From: Geosiphon pyriformis uo1
Lineage: Eukaryota; Fungi; Glomeromycota
Reading direction: 5' to 3'
DNA: 64,000 bases
Assembly (NCBI GenBank): GCA_016748015.1
Contig: JAAOMT010000723.1
Location: 262,544-326,543 of the forward strand
Part shown: positions 26,501 to 39,110 of the stretch, one piece after another
Layout: the number at the start of each line of letters is the position of its first letter
Position numbering within the stretch: position 1 is the stretch's first letter
The notes under the pieces: generated by a model
The model's input: the letters and a program-made list of their open reading frames with translations, nothing else
Told to the model about the DNA's origin: nothing
Databases searched by the model: none
Made by a program: the position numbers and the translations under genes

Positions 26501-27659
26501 TTTTTTTTTATAATATGTATAAAATTAAATTAATTAAACTTTTTTTTGGTTATTTAGTTTTTAAAATTAGCAAATTAATTCTTAAATTGGTAATTATATT
26601 TGTTTATTTTTTGTTTTTTTGATTTTGTTAAATAGCTTTAATATGTAATTGTTATATTTAATTTTAAAAATTATTTAAATACTGCTGTTATTAAAATTGG
26701 TACTTTAAAAAAATGTTATATTTGGTAAATAATACTTAAATATAAATAATACTTCAAGTATTAAAATTTTAATTATTTGGTTTTAAATTGTAAAGTATTA
26801 TTATTATTTTTTTTTAAGTTTTTGTTTTAATTTATTGCTTTTTTTAGAATTTTTAAATTACATTTTGTTGAAGCTAAATTATATGTTAAGACTTTTGTTT
26901 TGGTTTTTAAATTTTTCTGTTAATGGTTTTTTGGCTATTGTTGCTATTGGTATTATTGGTGATTTTTTGTTTGGTTTATATTTGGCTTCTTTAGAATTTA
27001 ACTTAGCTATATTAATCTTATTAGTTAAATTTATTATAGAACTTATTGGTATATTGGTTGTTTTAGTTACCAGATTGTTTAGTAACTTTTTTGTTTTATA
27101 TGCTAAATTGAAAAAAAAGTGTCTTGTAATTAAGAAAAATATTACAGCTTTTGATAATAAGTTATGCAAAGTAAGTTTGAAGATTAACAAGCTTTATGTT
27201 GAATATGATACTAGTAATAATAATATATATTACTAATAATGATATTAATTATAACACATTTGATTCTATGATGGCTCTTTAGAAGTTTCAGTCTTTTTTA
27301 ATTAAGTCGACTGCTGAAATAGATAAGTGATATGATTAGAAATAATAATACTTTAGTTGCATATATAGATAAGATGTCTTTTCAGAAATAGGTTTTTCTC
27401 AATAGTTTCAACGTAATTAGAGTTTTCCATATTTTAATAACTTGCACTAATTACAACTCTTCAAATAATAATTTTAAAACAACAAGTTATATTAAATAAA
27501 AACTTACTAGCATAAAAACAGCAATAAAAAGTCTGCAGAAAAAGTTAAAGATAACAAAAAGAATTGATCATTTTTATAAATACAACAATTAAAAACAAAG
27601 TAATTTTTTAATTGTCAAAAAACACTTTCGATAAAATATTTAAAAAACAGTAATATGTA

Positions 27660-29800
27660 GCACCATGTTTATGGTGACGTAGCGCGTTTGTTGCGCGTGA
27701 CTTTTTTTACACTCTCCGCGTAGGTCGTTCATCTCCCCGCCTGAAAACGAAACCCTTCAGGTAAGCTTTATTTTTGACTTTTTACCTCTCCTTTCGATGC
27801 GTCTGTTTATACCGCCGCCATTATTTATCTCGCGATTTATTTGTTCCTACTTAACAATAGACTCCAAAACTATGAAACAAATCCAAGAGATACTTCAAGG
27901 ATGGAAAGAAGAGCTGGATCTCAGTCTCTTCTCCATCTTGCAATTCTGTAAAAAAAGAGAATTCTCTGACAATATTCATTCAGAAAATTTTTTGATTTCG
28001 AAATTTTTGGAGCATGTCGCCAACATTTTAAATGGTGTGCGCAGCTAACTCTGTCAAAGTAAAGATTTCATACTTTGTACTATAGCAGCAAGGAGGGGTC
28101 GGGGTACATGTCGATGTAACCATAAAACAGCCCTGGGTACGTCTCCGGTGCCCTCCTAAGCTTTGTCCTCACCTAAGCGACTCACGTCCCGGGCTGTTAT
28201 GGGATACGCCTCTGATGTGCTTCTTTGAGTCCTTTATGAGGCTCTTAACTAAAGGCTGCATGAAGAAGTACGGTGTTTTAAGGAAGAGTCATAACCAGAA
28301 GGTTTGAACAAATATACACATGAATGTGGAGTCACAATTACAGGAAGCAGCAGTAAGCAATACTTGACATTAATGTATTTGTGGGCAGTTTGTCTCTTTT
28401 TTTAAGTCGAAACATGTACCGAGTGTTATTCTGCTGCTTACGGTTCGCAGGCTTAGTTCGCCATTGACAACTTCAACGCAGGAAACGAGACGCATTCAAT
28501 CCAAAACAAAATGCGTTTAAAGTACGTCACAAGTTGCCCTGCGATCGGCAAAAAGAGTATTGAGGACCAAAAGCAGAGGAAAGGAAACATCAACACCTTC
28601 AGGTTGTATAATGCACTAAGATCTGTTTGGCTTGCGGATGGTTTCAAAGATGTTGAACTTATTTCTAAACATTGTACAGGAAGAAGGGTCCAAGACTCGG
28701 GAAGAGCAGGGGGACATCAATGAAAGGAAGACAATCAAGAAGACGAGGTGAGGGATGATGTCAGCGTCCTGAAGAGCCTTGCATTGTACCTGTTGGTGAT
28801 GTCCGACGATGCATGGACTGTGTTGATGGCAAAGATTGAACAATGCCGAAAGAAGATCCCAGCGTCGCAGCGCCTCTTTGAATTAGTACGCCTTCGTTTT
28901 TGTTTTTTGCGGCAATTGTTCACGCGTAGTCGTATATACAATCTTATGCTAAGCAACGATTTTGCCCTCCTAGTTTTCTAAATTACAACATCGTTGATCA
29001 CTGGGCGGCACGGACCAACGACGATGCTATGAACCCTCTGCGCGCATCTCTTCCTAAAGAGATCGATTTTTCTTTGCCGGTGCTCTCGGGCCAAGAGGGA
29101 GAGCTCTTGGATATGCTCGTCACGGTATGTTACCCTATTTCCTCTATCAATTCAGTACTAGTATTGAAACTAACACCTTTCTTTTAGGGTGATGGTGTCG
29201 AAAATGTCCGAGCCGAGACTCCAGAGTAATGTACCAAAAAACTCCTGTCAAAGATGTAAGTAGGGATGCAATGAGCATGGGGACTCATAACAGCATGTCA
29301 GAACTCCCGCAATGTCATGCCTTTTATTGACACGACGATTGGACACCAGCAACGATCCCAGGTTCACTAGTAAGTTGTTTTTGGTTATTAATTATTTCGG
29401 ATTTAGCATGGGAAACTTCTACCGTATACGGACAGGGGCCAGGACCCAAAAATTTGCATACACAGTAACTTACCAATACACTACAGTGGTGAAAAATCGC
29501 TCAGGGCGACTGCGGTGCTTGACATTCCAAACCTCGATGCCTTCGTCGGCGGACGATCCAAGTCACCTACCTAGCCATGATGGCTTTTCAAGACAAGTTG
29601 CATGTAACGATGAAGGTACTGTGTGACCTGAATCCCCAAAAGGCGATACTCCTGCGGAGCAGAAGTTTGTGCAGGAAAAGCAGGTGGTGATAATGGTTCG
29701 CCGGTCAAGGTAGCAAAAAGGTCACAGAGGGCCTAAAATCCGGGAAGGTGACTTGGGAGAATGTAGGAATACTCATGGAAACGATCCTGTTCTTCTTTAT
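27660..29800 (+). pseudogene. GC-richer, CpG-retaining island with fragmented reading frames and splice signals; unidentified pseudogene or mobile-element fragments
   Basis: CpG-rich promoter-like start (gcgcg motifs at 27680-27720) and intact-looking introns (gtaagc ~27761; gtatgt 29125...tag 29188), but only short broken ORFs with no recognisable domain. Confidence 0.4.
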
Positions 29801-30546
29801 TTTGTAGTATGTCTGTTTGCCATTTTAACGCACAATTGTCATAATAAATAAAATTAGGTGAAAAAAATTGAACTTTTTTATTGTTAAATTATAATAATAA
29901 CAATTTAAATTTTATGTTTAAATAAACGCAAAAAAATTGTTTACAATTAAATATAGTAAAATTACAGGTAAATGTGTTTTTTTTTGAACAAATACAATCT
30001 AAACAATATTCTTATAAGATTTTTATTTGCTTTTAATACAAGTTAATTGTTTTGCACTACAGCATGTGTCATTCTTCACAATACTGAAAATACAGAATAT
30101 TGGCCAGTAAATTTCAACTCTGGAAGAAAATTTTAAAAAATCAATTTCCAAGGCCTTTATTTCTTAATGATTAGTATCCAAACCTCTATAATATGGTTAA
30201 TTAACGATATTTATTGTGCCATGCTAATTGTTATCAGGGTTCTCAACTTTAATTGCGGGCTAACTTATAAAGAGGTTCCCAGTTTGTCGTCAATTCATTT
30301 GCATCGAATTCCCACAAAAGTTTTGTTTCCCTGCATTTTTTTGCATCCGTGAAGAGGAAGTTTCAAAATCGCATACCGTGGCAGTGTGTAACGGACAACT
30401 CGCGTTACTATCCGAAACGGGTAAAAAAGGCTAGACACGGTGCCAATGTCACCTTTGCCATGTAAAGCCTGGGAAATCTGTACATGAAAAATTATGATGT
30501 CAATCAACTTGTTTAGCAGGTTTCGGGAATTTTTTTTGACTCCGCA

Positions 30547-31048
30547 GATGTTACGGATTGATTGTAACACATCAATAGTAGGCATTTCCCAGTAAGACTA
30601 CTATTTCCTGGGTGACCCTCAGGATCAAGGCATCATCGAGAAGGAGCTCCAGGGCGCCGTTTTCCATCTCTGTCCATTAAAGCCCCGCAATGCCGGCAAC
30701 TGTACACTTTGGATCCTCCGACGCTTTTTACGTTCATACGACCAATTGGTCCGATGTCACCGGAGCCTAATATACCCGTACCTTTAGAGCGGTGAACGCC
30801 AGGATAAATGGAGACTGCACGGCTGGAGCTGTCCGCTTGGGTTTTGCGAACTTGTCTTTGCGTTTTATAGACCCCGTTCCAATAAAGCCTCAAGTGCAGT
30901 TGAAACCTGAGCCGATATCGCTGAGAAATTCGTAGGAGCTACTTTTATCGCTCGAAAGCATATTTTTCCTTGGTGTTAGAGACACGGGCGTAGAAATAAC
31001 CTTTTCTGGTAGCGAAGCTGGTAGTGGCGGTGGTGTTAATGGTTCCAT
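30547..31048 (-). pseudogene. Internally deleted Fanzor/TnpB-like nuclease remnant with downstream hairpins
   Basis: RAVSIYPGV (RuvC-I-like DPG with D->Y), G..GSGDIGPIGRM, then VGGSKVYSCRHCGALMDRDG[+1 A]NGA (zinc ribbon plus RuvC-III DRDxNGA). Confidence 0.72.
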
Positions 31049-31735
31049 TTTAGGAAGTTAGTTCGGGAAAAAGGGAAGAGTGTGCAAATAAATACATAAG
31101 AGAAAAAGGTTAGATAGCAAAAAAGTAGATGGTGTTTATTGTGTCATGCTTTTGAAACTGATATCCATTGCTAATAGTTTTATTGATAGTATTTTATTTG
31201 CAAAAATTTTTTTTCAGCGCTACCGAAGATGGTTTATAATTTGTTATCACAAATTCACTTTCACACGCACAATTAGAAACATTCGGTACCATCCAGTAAA
31301 AACCATGCGCTTCAAAAAATTGTTTTCAAAAGTTGGTAGAGACGAGCAAAATCATTTGTACAAGAAGGAAAAGAAAAATAACCAAAACTAAACATCTACA
31401 AAAAAATGAAATCAATGTTGTGATGATGGGGAGGGAGGGATAAAAGACAATTGATCTTAGCAGTGTGTACTATCTTTATGTAGTTCACTGCGACCTTGAT
31501 ACTTTTAAAAAGGTAAAACTACGCGAAGCAATCATCCGTATAATCCCTATTTTGAGTATTGGAGCTTTGAATTTTTGCTGATTTTAGAAAGCTTGAGACA
31601 AAATCTAGTGTGATGCAATATCGTTTTCTTAAAGAGGGAAATGAAGACGATTATAAAAAATAAAACTTGGAATTTTGTTTCGATTCGTCGCAATTGTCTT
31701 GTATTGTTCTCTAAGTACGTGGGTCTTTGATGATA

Positions 31736-33371
31736 TTACATATTAGTATCGTGATCATACCTCCACACTCGTGCCCTACAATCACCGGATCCAGTGGCAA
31801 AAAGTTTCCCCATGGGACTTAGAGCCACCGAGATAACTACCATGTAAAGGAAGAAGTATCACCATTTGTTAACCATTCAAACAAAAATGATAGTCATGGA
31901 AAAAAAAGAAAACGGGGGTCAAAGAGTTTTACCTGAATTTTTATGGCCTTGCAACATAAATTGTGTTGCACCATTATTAGGATCCCAGAATTGCACACCA
32001 CGATCTTTCGAGCCTGATATCACCCAACGACCGTCAGGAGAAACGGCCACCGATAACACAAAATCCTAAACAAGAGAACAAAAAGCAGCAGAAAGACAGG
32101 TCAGGAATGTCCCCGACCAGTACCAAAAAGGTACTTTTTTCAAGAGAGAATTTGATACCTTGTGGCCGTTAAACGTCATTTTATGACTTTTGGGATTCGT
32201 TGGACTACCACTTCGTCCTGGATGGCTTGTATCCCATAATTTTAGGGTTTTGTCGAGACTACCGGAAACCAGAGTTTTACCGTCAGGGGAAAATGCAACC
32301 GAGTAAACACTGTCCTTGTGACCTTCTAACCGTTCCAATTGATAACCTGTTCGTGCATCCCAAAGACGAACTATCTTATCAAGTGACCCGGCAGCAACGA
32401 ACTGACCATCAGGACTGATTGCAACACTAGTGACACCAGCATCTTTTAAACTTGGTTCATCCCCGATAGTCAATTTGAAAAGCATTTCACCCGAAATCAT
32501 ATCCCAGACACGAGCAGTTTTATCACCAGAACCGGAAACAATCAGACGACCGTCTCTAGAGAAATCTAGCGAATAAATATCTTGTTCGTGACCTTGGAAC
32601 ATATTTCGAATTTTGCGACTAGAAATCTCCCAAATCTATTAATCGGAAAAAAAATTCTGGTTGAAAAAAAATCGAGCATAAACTGAAAACTTTTAAGATG
32701 ACAACGTAGATTACAAACCCGAATCTGCTTATCTTCGGCTCCGGTCGCAAGGTATTTCCCGTCAGGGCTAAAACAAACACTTCGAATGTATAAATCACCA
32801 GTCTTATCCACGTTCTCATCAGCTAAGGCACTATTCACACAGTGAAGGAGACATAACTTTCAACAATCAGTCTGAAATATAACAATTCTTTTCTATTTAA
32901 ATAGAGCTCATACCAAATCCTTTGACCCGTTTGAACATCATAAATTTGTGCACTGCGATTGCAACCAGTTGCAAGATATCTCCCATCGGCGCTGAACTTG
33001 ACGCAACATACAACGCTGTTATGCTCCAGGGTATGCACCAAATCAACGTCGAGTGAGCGGGGTTGTATTTTGGGGTTAAAACTATAAAAGTTGAGGATAG
33101 AGATATTTGAGTCAATGATTTATTCATTTAGATTTTAAATATGAATTCATGACAATTATATTCCTTAAAAACACTTACATTACAAACCAATCTGTGCCTT
33201 CTTTCTTGTAAGCGGCTGCGACGGCATCAGGATCCATGTCAGCTAGAATGGTGTTGGCGGAAACTGAAGTTTGTTTGATTTGCGTTGGGCGAGATCCCAG
33301 AACACTGGAAGAATTCATATTCGGATTCGTCTTACGCTTACTCGATTGTTGTAGTTGTTGCTGTTGTTGTT

Positions 33372-33402
<31 letters not shown>

Positions 33403-34883
33403 TTGTTGCTGTTGTTGTTGCTGTTGTTGTTGTTGTTGTTGTTGCTGTTGGTGAACAGAACTTGGAGGACCACCGTTTTGTGAAAGGCTAGAACCTTGAC
33501 CTCCATCAGGTCCGAGATTCGTTGGTCCCTGAGGCTGATGCAGAAATTGATGTAAGTTACAAGTTCAATAAAATAGAGAATTGGACGAGATAATAATCAA
33601 TATAAGTTAATCGATACCTTTGACATTTTTGACCCAGATTTACCCACTTGTGAAACATTTGGGATATAACCACCAGCCTGTTGGCCTATCGGTGGTTGAT
33701 TTGGGGGCGCAGGTGTTAGACCATTCGAATACAAAGGGCCTGGAGGAGGTTGTTGTGAGCCGAGTGGAAGACCCATAGATTGATTAGGTAGATCTTCAAT
33801 ACGGGGCCTTTTAGTTGTATGTTGAGGTTGTGTCAAGGAACCAGGAGGAGCTCCACTACCATTCATATACGGTGATTGAGCGGAACTACTACCACCTTGT
33901 GGAACATTTTGTAGTGGGCCACTTGGACCGGAGTAAGCAGGATGAGATGATGGCGGAGGTTGTTGTTGTTGCGAAGAATCGAGTTGCATCTGAGGTGGAA
34001 CTACAAGTCCTTGTTGACCACCACCGCCTCCACCACTCATAAGACCTTGAAACAAATTTGATTGGCCTTGACCAATGTTGGGAGGTTGTGGTGGATGGGA
34101 AGGCGGTGGATGTCCTCCACTTGATGATTGATGACCATGTAGACGTTGTTGTTCAAGTTCACGATTAAGTCGATGAAGCTCACTGTCATATCTTATGAAG
34201 AAAGGCGAGAAATCAATTAAGCCAAAATATATTGGAATTAAACTTATTTGAGAAAGAATCTCACTTTGCTAAAAATATTGGACTATATTGCGTCACTTAC
34301 TGTTGTTTGATTTTTGTTTGAGTCGCCTGTAATTCAAACAAATTTTGTCTAATGGCGCTTACTTCTTCTATTTGTTGCTGAACTAAGAAGTGGATGATCA
34401 TTTAGATGTTACACAGACAGCACACAGAAAACGGGTTTGTTTATTAGTAAATTGGAAATGAGAAATCCAGAGGATAGGTTTCCATTTTTGGTTCGATAAC
34501 CGTTGATTTTGTTTCCAGAAATATCAGAGTCGTATAGCATTATTGAACATTAATCCGCTGACACGTGACTGAAGTTGATCTTATGGCGCCATTAGGATTG
34601 TTACACAGATACAGGGCATTATTTTATTTTGAGGTGAATTTCATGGGCTGGAACTGAGCTGACATCATCGTTGAGAACTAAAACTACATTCGATATAATC
34701 ATTTTAATCTACAGGCATACCTTTGTGTTCAAGATCATCTCGTTGCATCCTACATGTGACGTTATCATTTTGTAAATTTTCGTATTCACTTTTCAAGGCC
34801 TCAAATAATTCATTGAAACGACTTGAAACAGGTCCACCAGGACCCGATGGAAGCATCTGCCTGTGGTTGTAAATGTTGGACAT
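31736..34883 (-). CDS. TUP1: Tup1-family WD40 transcriptional corepressor, multi-exon, with polyQ tract
   Basis: Tup_N region MSNIYNHR...[15 protein letters not shown]; [34 protein letters not shown]; [26 protein letters not shown]; [12 protein letters not shown]; [15 protein letters not shown]. The final codons could alternatively be spliced. Confidence 0.97.
33346..33450 (-). repeat. Coding CAA/CAG repeat (polyglutamine, ~35 codons) in TUP1
   Basis: (TTG/CTG)n on the + strand, in frame with PPSSVH-Qn-SSKRK. Confidence 0.93.
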
Positions 34884-35068
34884 TTTTAAGAATTTTGAAG
34901 AGGCGTTCTTGACGACCGATTCAAAGTATGGTCAAAACGAGAAAGAGACAAAGGTTTGTCTGTGGCGACGAGGAAAGGGCTAGTACGCTAACACTTGGTG
35001 TATTTGTCGCTGTGGTAATAGAAAATAAAAGGTTGATATCAAGTTCTTGTTAAGAGGAAGGGTGTGAC

Positions 35069-35417
<349 letters not shown>

Positions 35418-36519
35418 AGAGCTCGAGTTTTGAAGAAAATATCACACAATTTGGGAACAAAGAAGAAAGTTATAAGACCATGGGTGGTTCATTTTTTTTG
35501 ATAAAATATTTTCTCGGAAGTAATTGTGTAATTGGCTCACCTTTGATTGAAGATGTTGTGTATGAGTAAGAGGGAACGAGGTGTGATAGTTAAGAAGAGA
35601 AGAAAATAAGAAAGGAACAAGAAAGTGGTTGTGTGATCGTGAGGTTTTTCTTTATTTAAATATTTGAAGTTTAACGGAGCGACAGAATACAATTGTGGTC
35701 TAACTTTTTGAGGATAATAGTAAGTAACAGAAGAGTTAGGGATAGGGATAGGGATAGCAATAGCATTAGTAATATTCCAAACCGAAATAGCGAAACAAAT
35801 CAATATTGCCAGGTATAAGTGGGGATAAAAGGCAAAACGAGTCAAAGTACTGTACTAGTGATAGTCGCAATCAAAAGTGCGAAAAAAAAGTTGGGGGGTA
35901 AGGTTTTTGTGTAGAAAAAACAGTCAGCAGCTGGCATTACAAGACGACCAACAGGTAGATAGGTAGACCGGTACACACACACATCATACGTCATATTTAA
36001 ACTAACCAAAAATAGATATTGATCTCTTTATATAACATAAATAATTACATTAGAATAAAGTTTACACATTTTTGAGCGGACTCTAAAATACACACTTACT
36101 AGTAAACTCATTCCGCTATACCTCTCAAAAGAGCAACAACAAGAACATCATCATCATCATAATCATAATCACCATCAAACATCATGCATCATGCTAAAAG
36201 TCATGGTAGGCAGAGAAAAATTTTTTTTTTTTTGACACGGGAGTGACTCTGGTAAGAAATAGTAAAATTATATCAACAATGCAGGACGATGACCAATATT
36301 TTTTTTAATTTATCAAGGGAAATATTTTAAAATTCTAAAAACGCCCTGCCAAAAATCTTGCATAAAAACTAGTAAAAGAAACAATTGTTTTTTATGGCCA
36401 TATTAAGAACAGTTGATAGCTCCTATTGATAGCAAACGATGGAAAAAAAAGGTCAAGAAGATTTTAGATGATGGTGACTTATCTGTTATGAAGACAAATT
36501 CGGGAGGCTAAAAAGCCAC

Positions 36520-36555
36520 AAAAAAAAAAAAAAAAAAAAATTATTTTTAAAATAA

Positions 36556-36586
<31 letters not shown>

Positions 36587-36602
36587 TAAAAATAAAAAAA
36601 AA
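36520..36602. repeat. Poly-A plus (AAAAAT)n tract
   Basis: Directly visible. Confidence 0.9.
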
Positions 36603-37726
36603 GATCAACGACCCACCTGCCATCACTATACTCAATACAATCCACTCCATTTAATCATTTTCGGCTTATCATAATCAAAAAAAAAATCATAAAATACCCT
36701 TAGTGAGATTCTATAGAAGATCGGTATCTATAAAATGAACAGGTAGTACAGTTCTTTGAATAAACAATTTCATTTGATTTTTGATTACTTTACAAGTCCC
36801 TGAGGCAGTTCAGAGTAAAAATTATCATCAATATCGATTTTTTAAAAAGGGCTAAAGAGAAAAAAAGGAAAAAAGAATAAAAGAGTAAGTAAATTTAATA
36901 AACATTTCATATTCTCACAATATATTATATATTACTGACATCATTTTTAAATTCGAGCTTTTGGTAAAAGAATATCATCTTTTCGTCAATGAAACAAAGA
37001 AAAAAAAAACATTCGATTTTTTACGATCAAAACGTTTGGGGCTTGTTTTGGAAATTTTCAACCAACCAGAATAAGAGAATCATAAGCAATTGAAAAATGT
37101 CTTTGATCTGCGAGTATCCTAAAATTGTGAGTAATATGGTTATGGGCAGTGCGCCAACATACAAAGCAGAATTTGTTTTTATCACACACACACCTAGTTG
37201 TCAATATATCAAATTTACCTTGACTTGTGTGAGAAAAAAGAAATTGCCTCAATACAGGTTTTTTTCTTCAATATTATCGAATTAAAGATTCCCAGAGAGC
37301 GGCGATCATCATCATCATCATCATCATCAAAGTGTCTCATGTTTGAAAAGTTTTTTTAATCTCTCCGAGTTGTCCCCGAGTTGTATGTGTAACGATATTC
37401 AAATAAAATGAAATAACTGATCGATAATTAATTGGTTTAATAGAGAACCAAAAGAAGTTAAAGTTCAAAATCTGTTCATAGCACAAAGATTCGTTATCTT
37501 TGAACTTTTTTATTTATTGTTATTGTTTCTCAAAAGTCTAGTCTCCGCCCCAAAGCGCGCGTTTTTTGAAATTTTGAAATTTCCGGTAATGGTAGTTCTG
37601 CGAGTAACATTGTTAATTTAAAAGTATGTTAATTTTAAAGTATGACATGAATTGATGAAATTTGATGGAAATAGGATCAGTTTTAAGTTAGCTCGATATT
37701 TGATTTTATAAAAATTGGGGAATTAC

Positions 37727-37793
37727 GAGAGAGAGAGAGAAGAGAGAGAGGAAGATAGATAGAACAGAGAGAGAGAGAGGAAGATAGATAGAA

Positions 37794-37833
<40 letters not shown>

Positions 37834-37890
37834 GATAGATAGATAAGAGAGAGATAAAGATAGATAGATAAGAGAGAGAAAGAAAGAGAG
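37727..37890. repeat. (GA)n/(GATA)n compound polypurine repeat with a higher-order unit
   Basis: The unit (GA)n-GGAAGATAGATAGA recurs three times. Confidence 0.92.
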
Positions 37891-38067
37891 AACGAAAAGG
37901 ATAAATGGACGAAGGATTTCAATCTTGTAATCTTTTTGATTTTATGTAGCGACGACCAAAAAAGAATAAATAATAACTCCAAGAAAAAAAACCAAAAAAC
38001 CAACCCAAACATCTTTATTTCATTTCTCCCTCGGAAAATCTAACAACGATTTCATAATTTGAAGAAG

Positions 38068-38106
<39 letters not shown>
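38068..38106. repeat. Poly-A run (~39 nt)
   Basis: Directly visible. Confidence 0.95.
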
Positions 38107-38109
<3 letters not shown>

Positions 38110-39044
38110 GATTTCATCAAAGCTCGTGACACAAATGTTAAAATGTGAATCTTCGAATCAGGACGAGGCTTTGAGGATCAAAACTTTGTCTTCCTTTTTT
38201 GGTTACACCAGATACTTTTTTTTTTGTTTTTTTTTAAATCTTAGCTGCGTCGGTAAACAAGTGCTAACACTCCAGAATAATATCACCCGGTTTGCGGTAA
38301 AAAAGAAATGCAAATAATTAAGGTTTTTTTTTTTTTTTTGCCCCCGCTATATGAAAAAATATCTCTATTAATACCAGATATTAGATTGTTCTTTTTTTGT
38401 TTTCATCATGTAAATGATGTTCAACAAACAGGCACGCGTAAATTATGTGTAACTGCATATTTATTATTTTAGTTAAAAACTTTTAAAAAAAAATAAAAAA
38501 ATAAAAAAATAAAAAATAGTACAAATTTATTTATTTTTTAATTTATACATAATTATACATTTGAATCTGAGTCATTACCCGAGTAAAAAGGAGAAAATTT
38601 TTTTTTCATAATAAATATTAAATTTCTCAAAATGATTACTCCGAGTCAAGTTATTTTGACGATTTGTAATTTTGGGCGTGAAAAAAACTCTTAGAATATC
38701 CCGGCGTGTCGATTCTTACCCATTTCGCATGGTTTTGTCACTTGCAGGTTGCAGGAGTATACGGTATCATAATGCTAGAGATTGTAATTACCCTTTGCTG
38801 TAGACGGTGTAGGACTGAAGTCTAATGGTATTTTGTGTGCTTGTGTTTATCTGTTTATCATTGCCTTTGAGGCTTTTGTAATGTTCCAGTAAGGTTCAAG
38901 AAGGCGAGCCTGAAGATCATAATCACAACAAATATTAATCAATGCTAAATATCTTCACTACTGATAGCTTGTGTCAGAAAATTAGAACAACTTATCATGA
39001 ATATTGATCAGAGAAAAAAAAATACCCATTACACAATAGCCTAA

Positions 39045-39110
39045 TGTATGAATGAATGAATGTATGTATGTATGTATGTATGTATGTACGTATGTGTAAA
39101 TGTATGTATG
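39045..39110. repeat. (ATGA)n/(ATGT)n tetranucleotide microsatellite
   Basis: Directly visible. Confidence 0.9.

Larger units (their letters stand above)
18950..27650. repeat. Extremely AT-rich block of decayed, nested transposon sequence
   Basis: Almost no CpG and very few G/C overall; contains recognisable LTRs (listed separately); no credible host genes. Confidence 0.85.

Noticed and set aside
26835-27236. 133-aa and 103-aa ORFs in AT-rich DNA
   Set aside because: Residue bias (I, N, K, L, F) reflects AT collapse; probably decayed TE coding sequence with no identifiable domain.
27661-27676. CACCAT-GTTT-ATGGTG hairpin at the compartment boundary as a Helitron 3' end
   Set aside because: No properly spaced CTRR terminus on either strand and no Rep/helicase remnant.
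33236-33506. Poly-Cys, poly-Val and poly-Asn ORFs
   Set aside because: Alternative frames of the TUP1 polyQ repeat.
34385-34720. Unusually long first TUP1 intron with ATGATG...CTGA on the minus strand (possible C/D snoRNA)
   Set aside because: Imperfect C box, long spacing, and no rRNA-complementary guide I could confirm; needs snoscan/Infernal.
35537-35845. 102-aa ORF with a signal-peptide-like segment
   Set aside because: Non-ATG start; hydrophobicity is explained by pyrimidine-rich promoter-like sequence upstream of TUP1.
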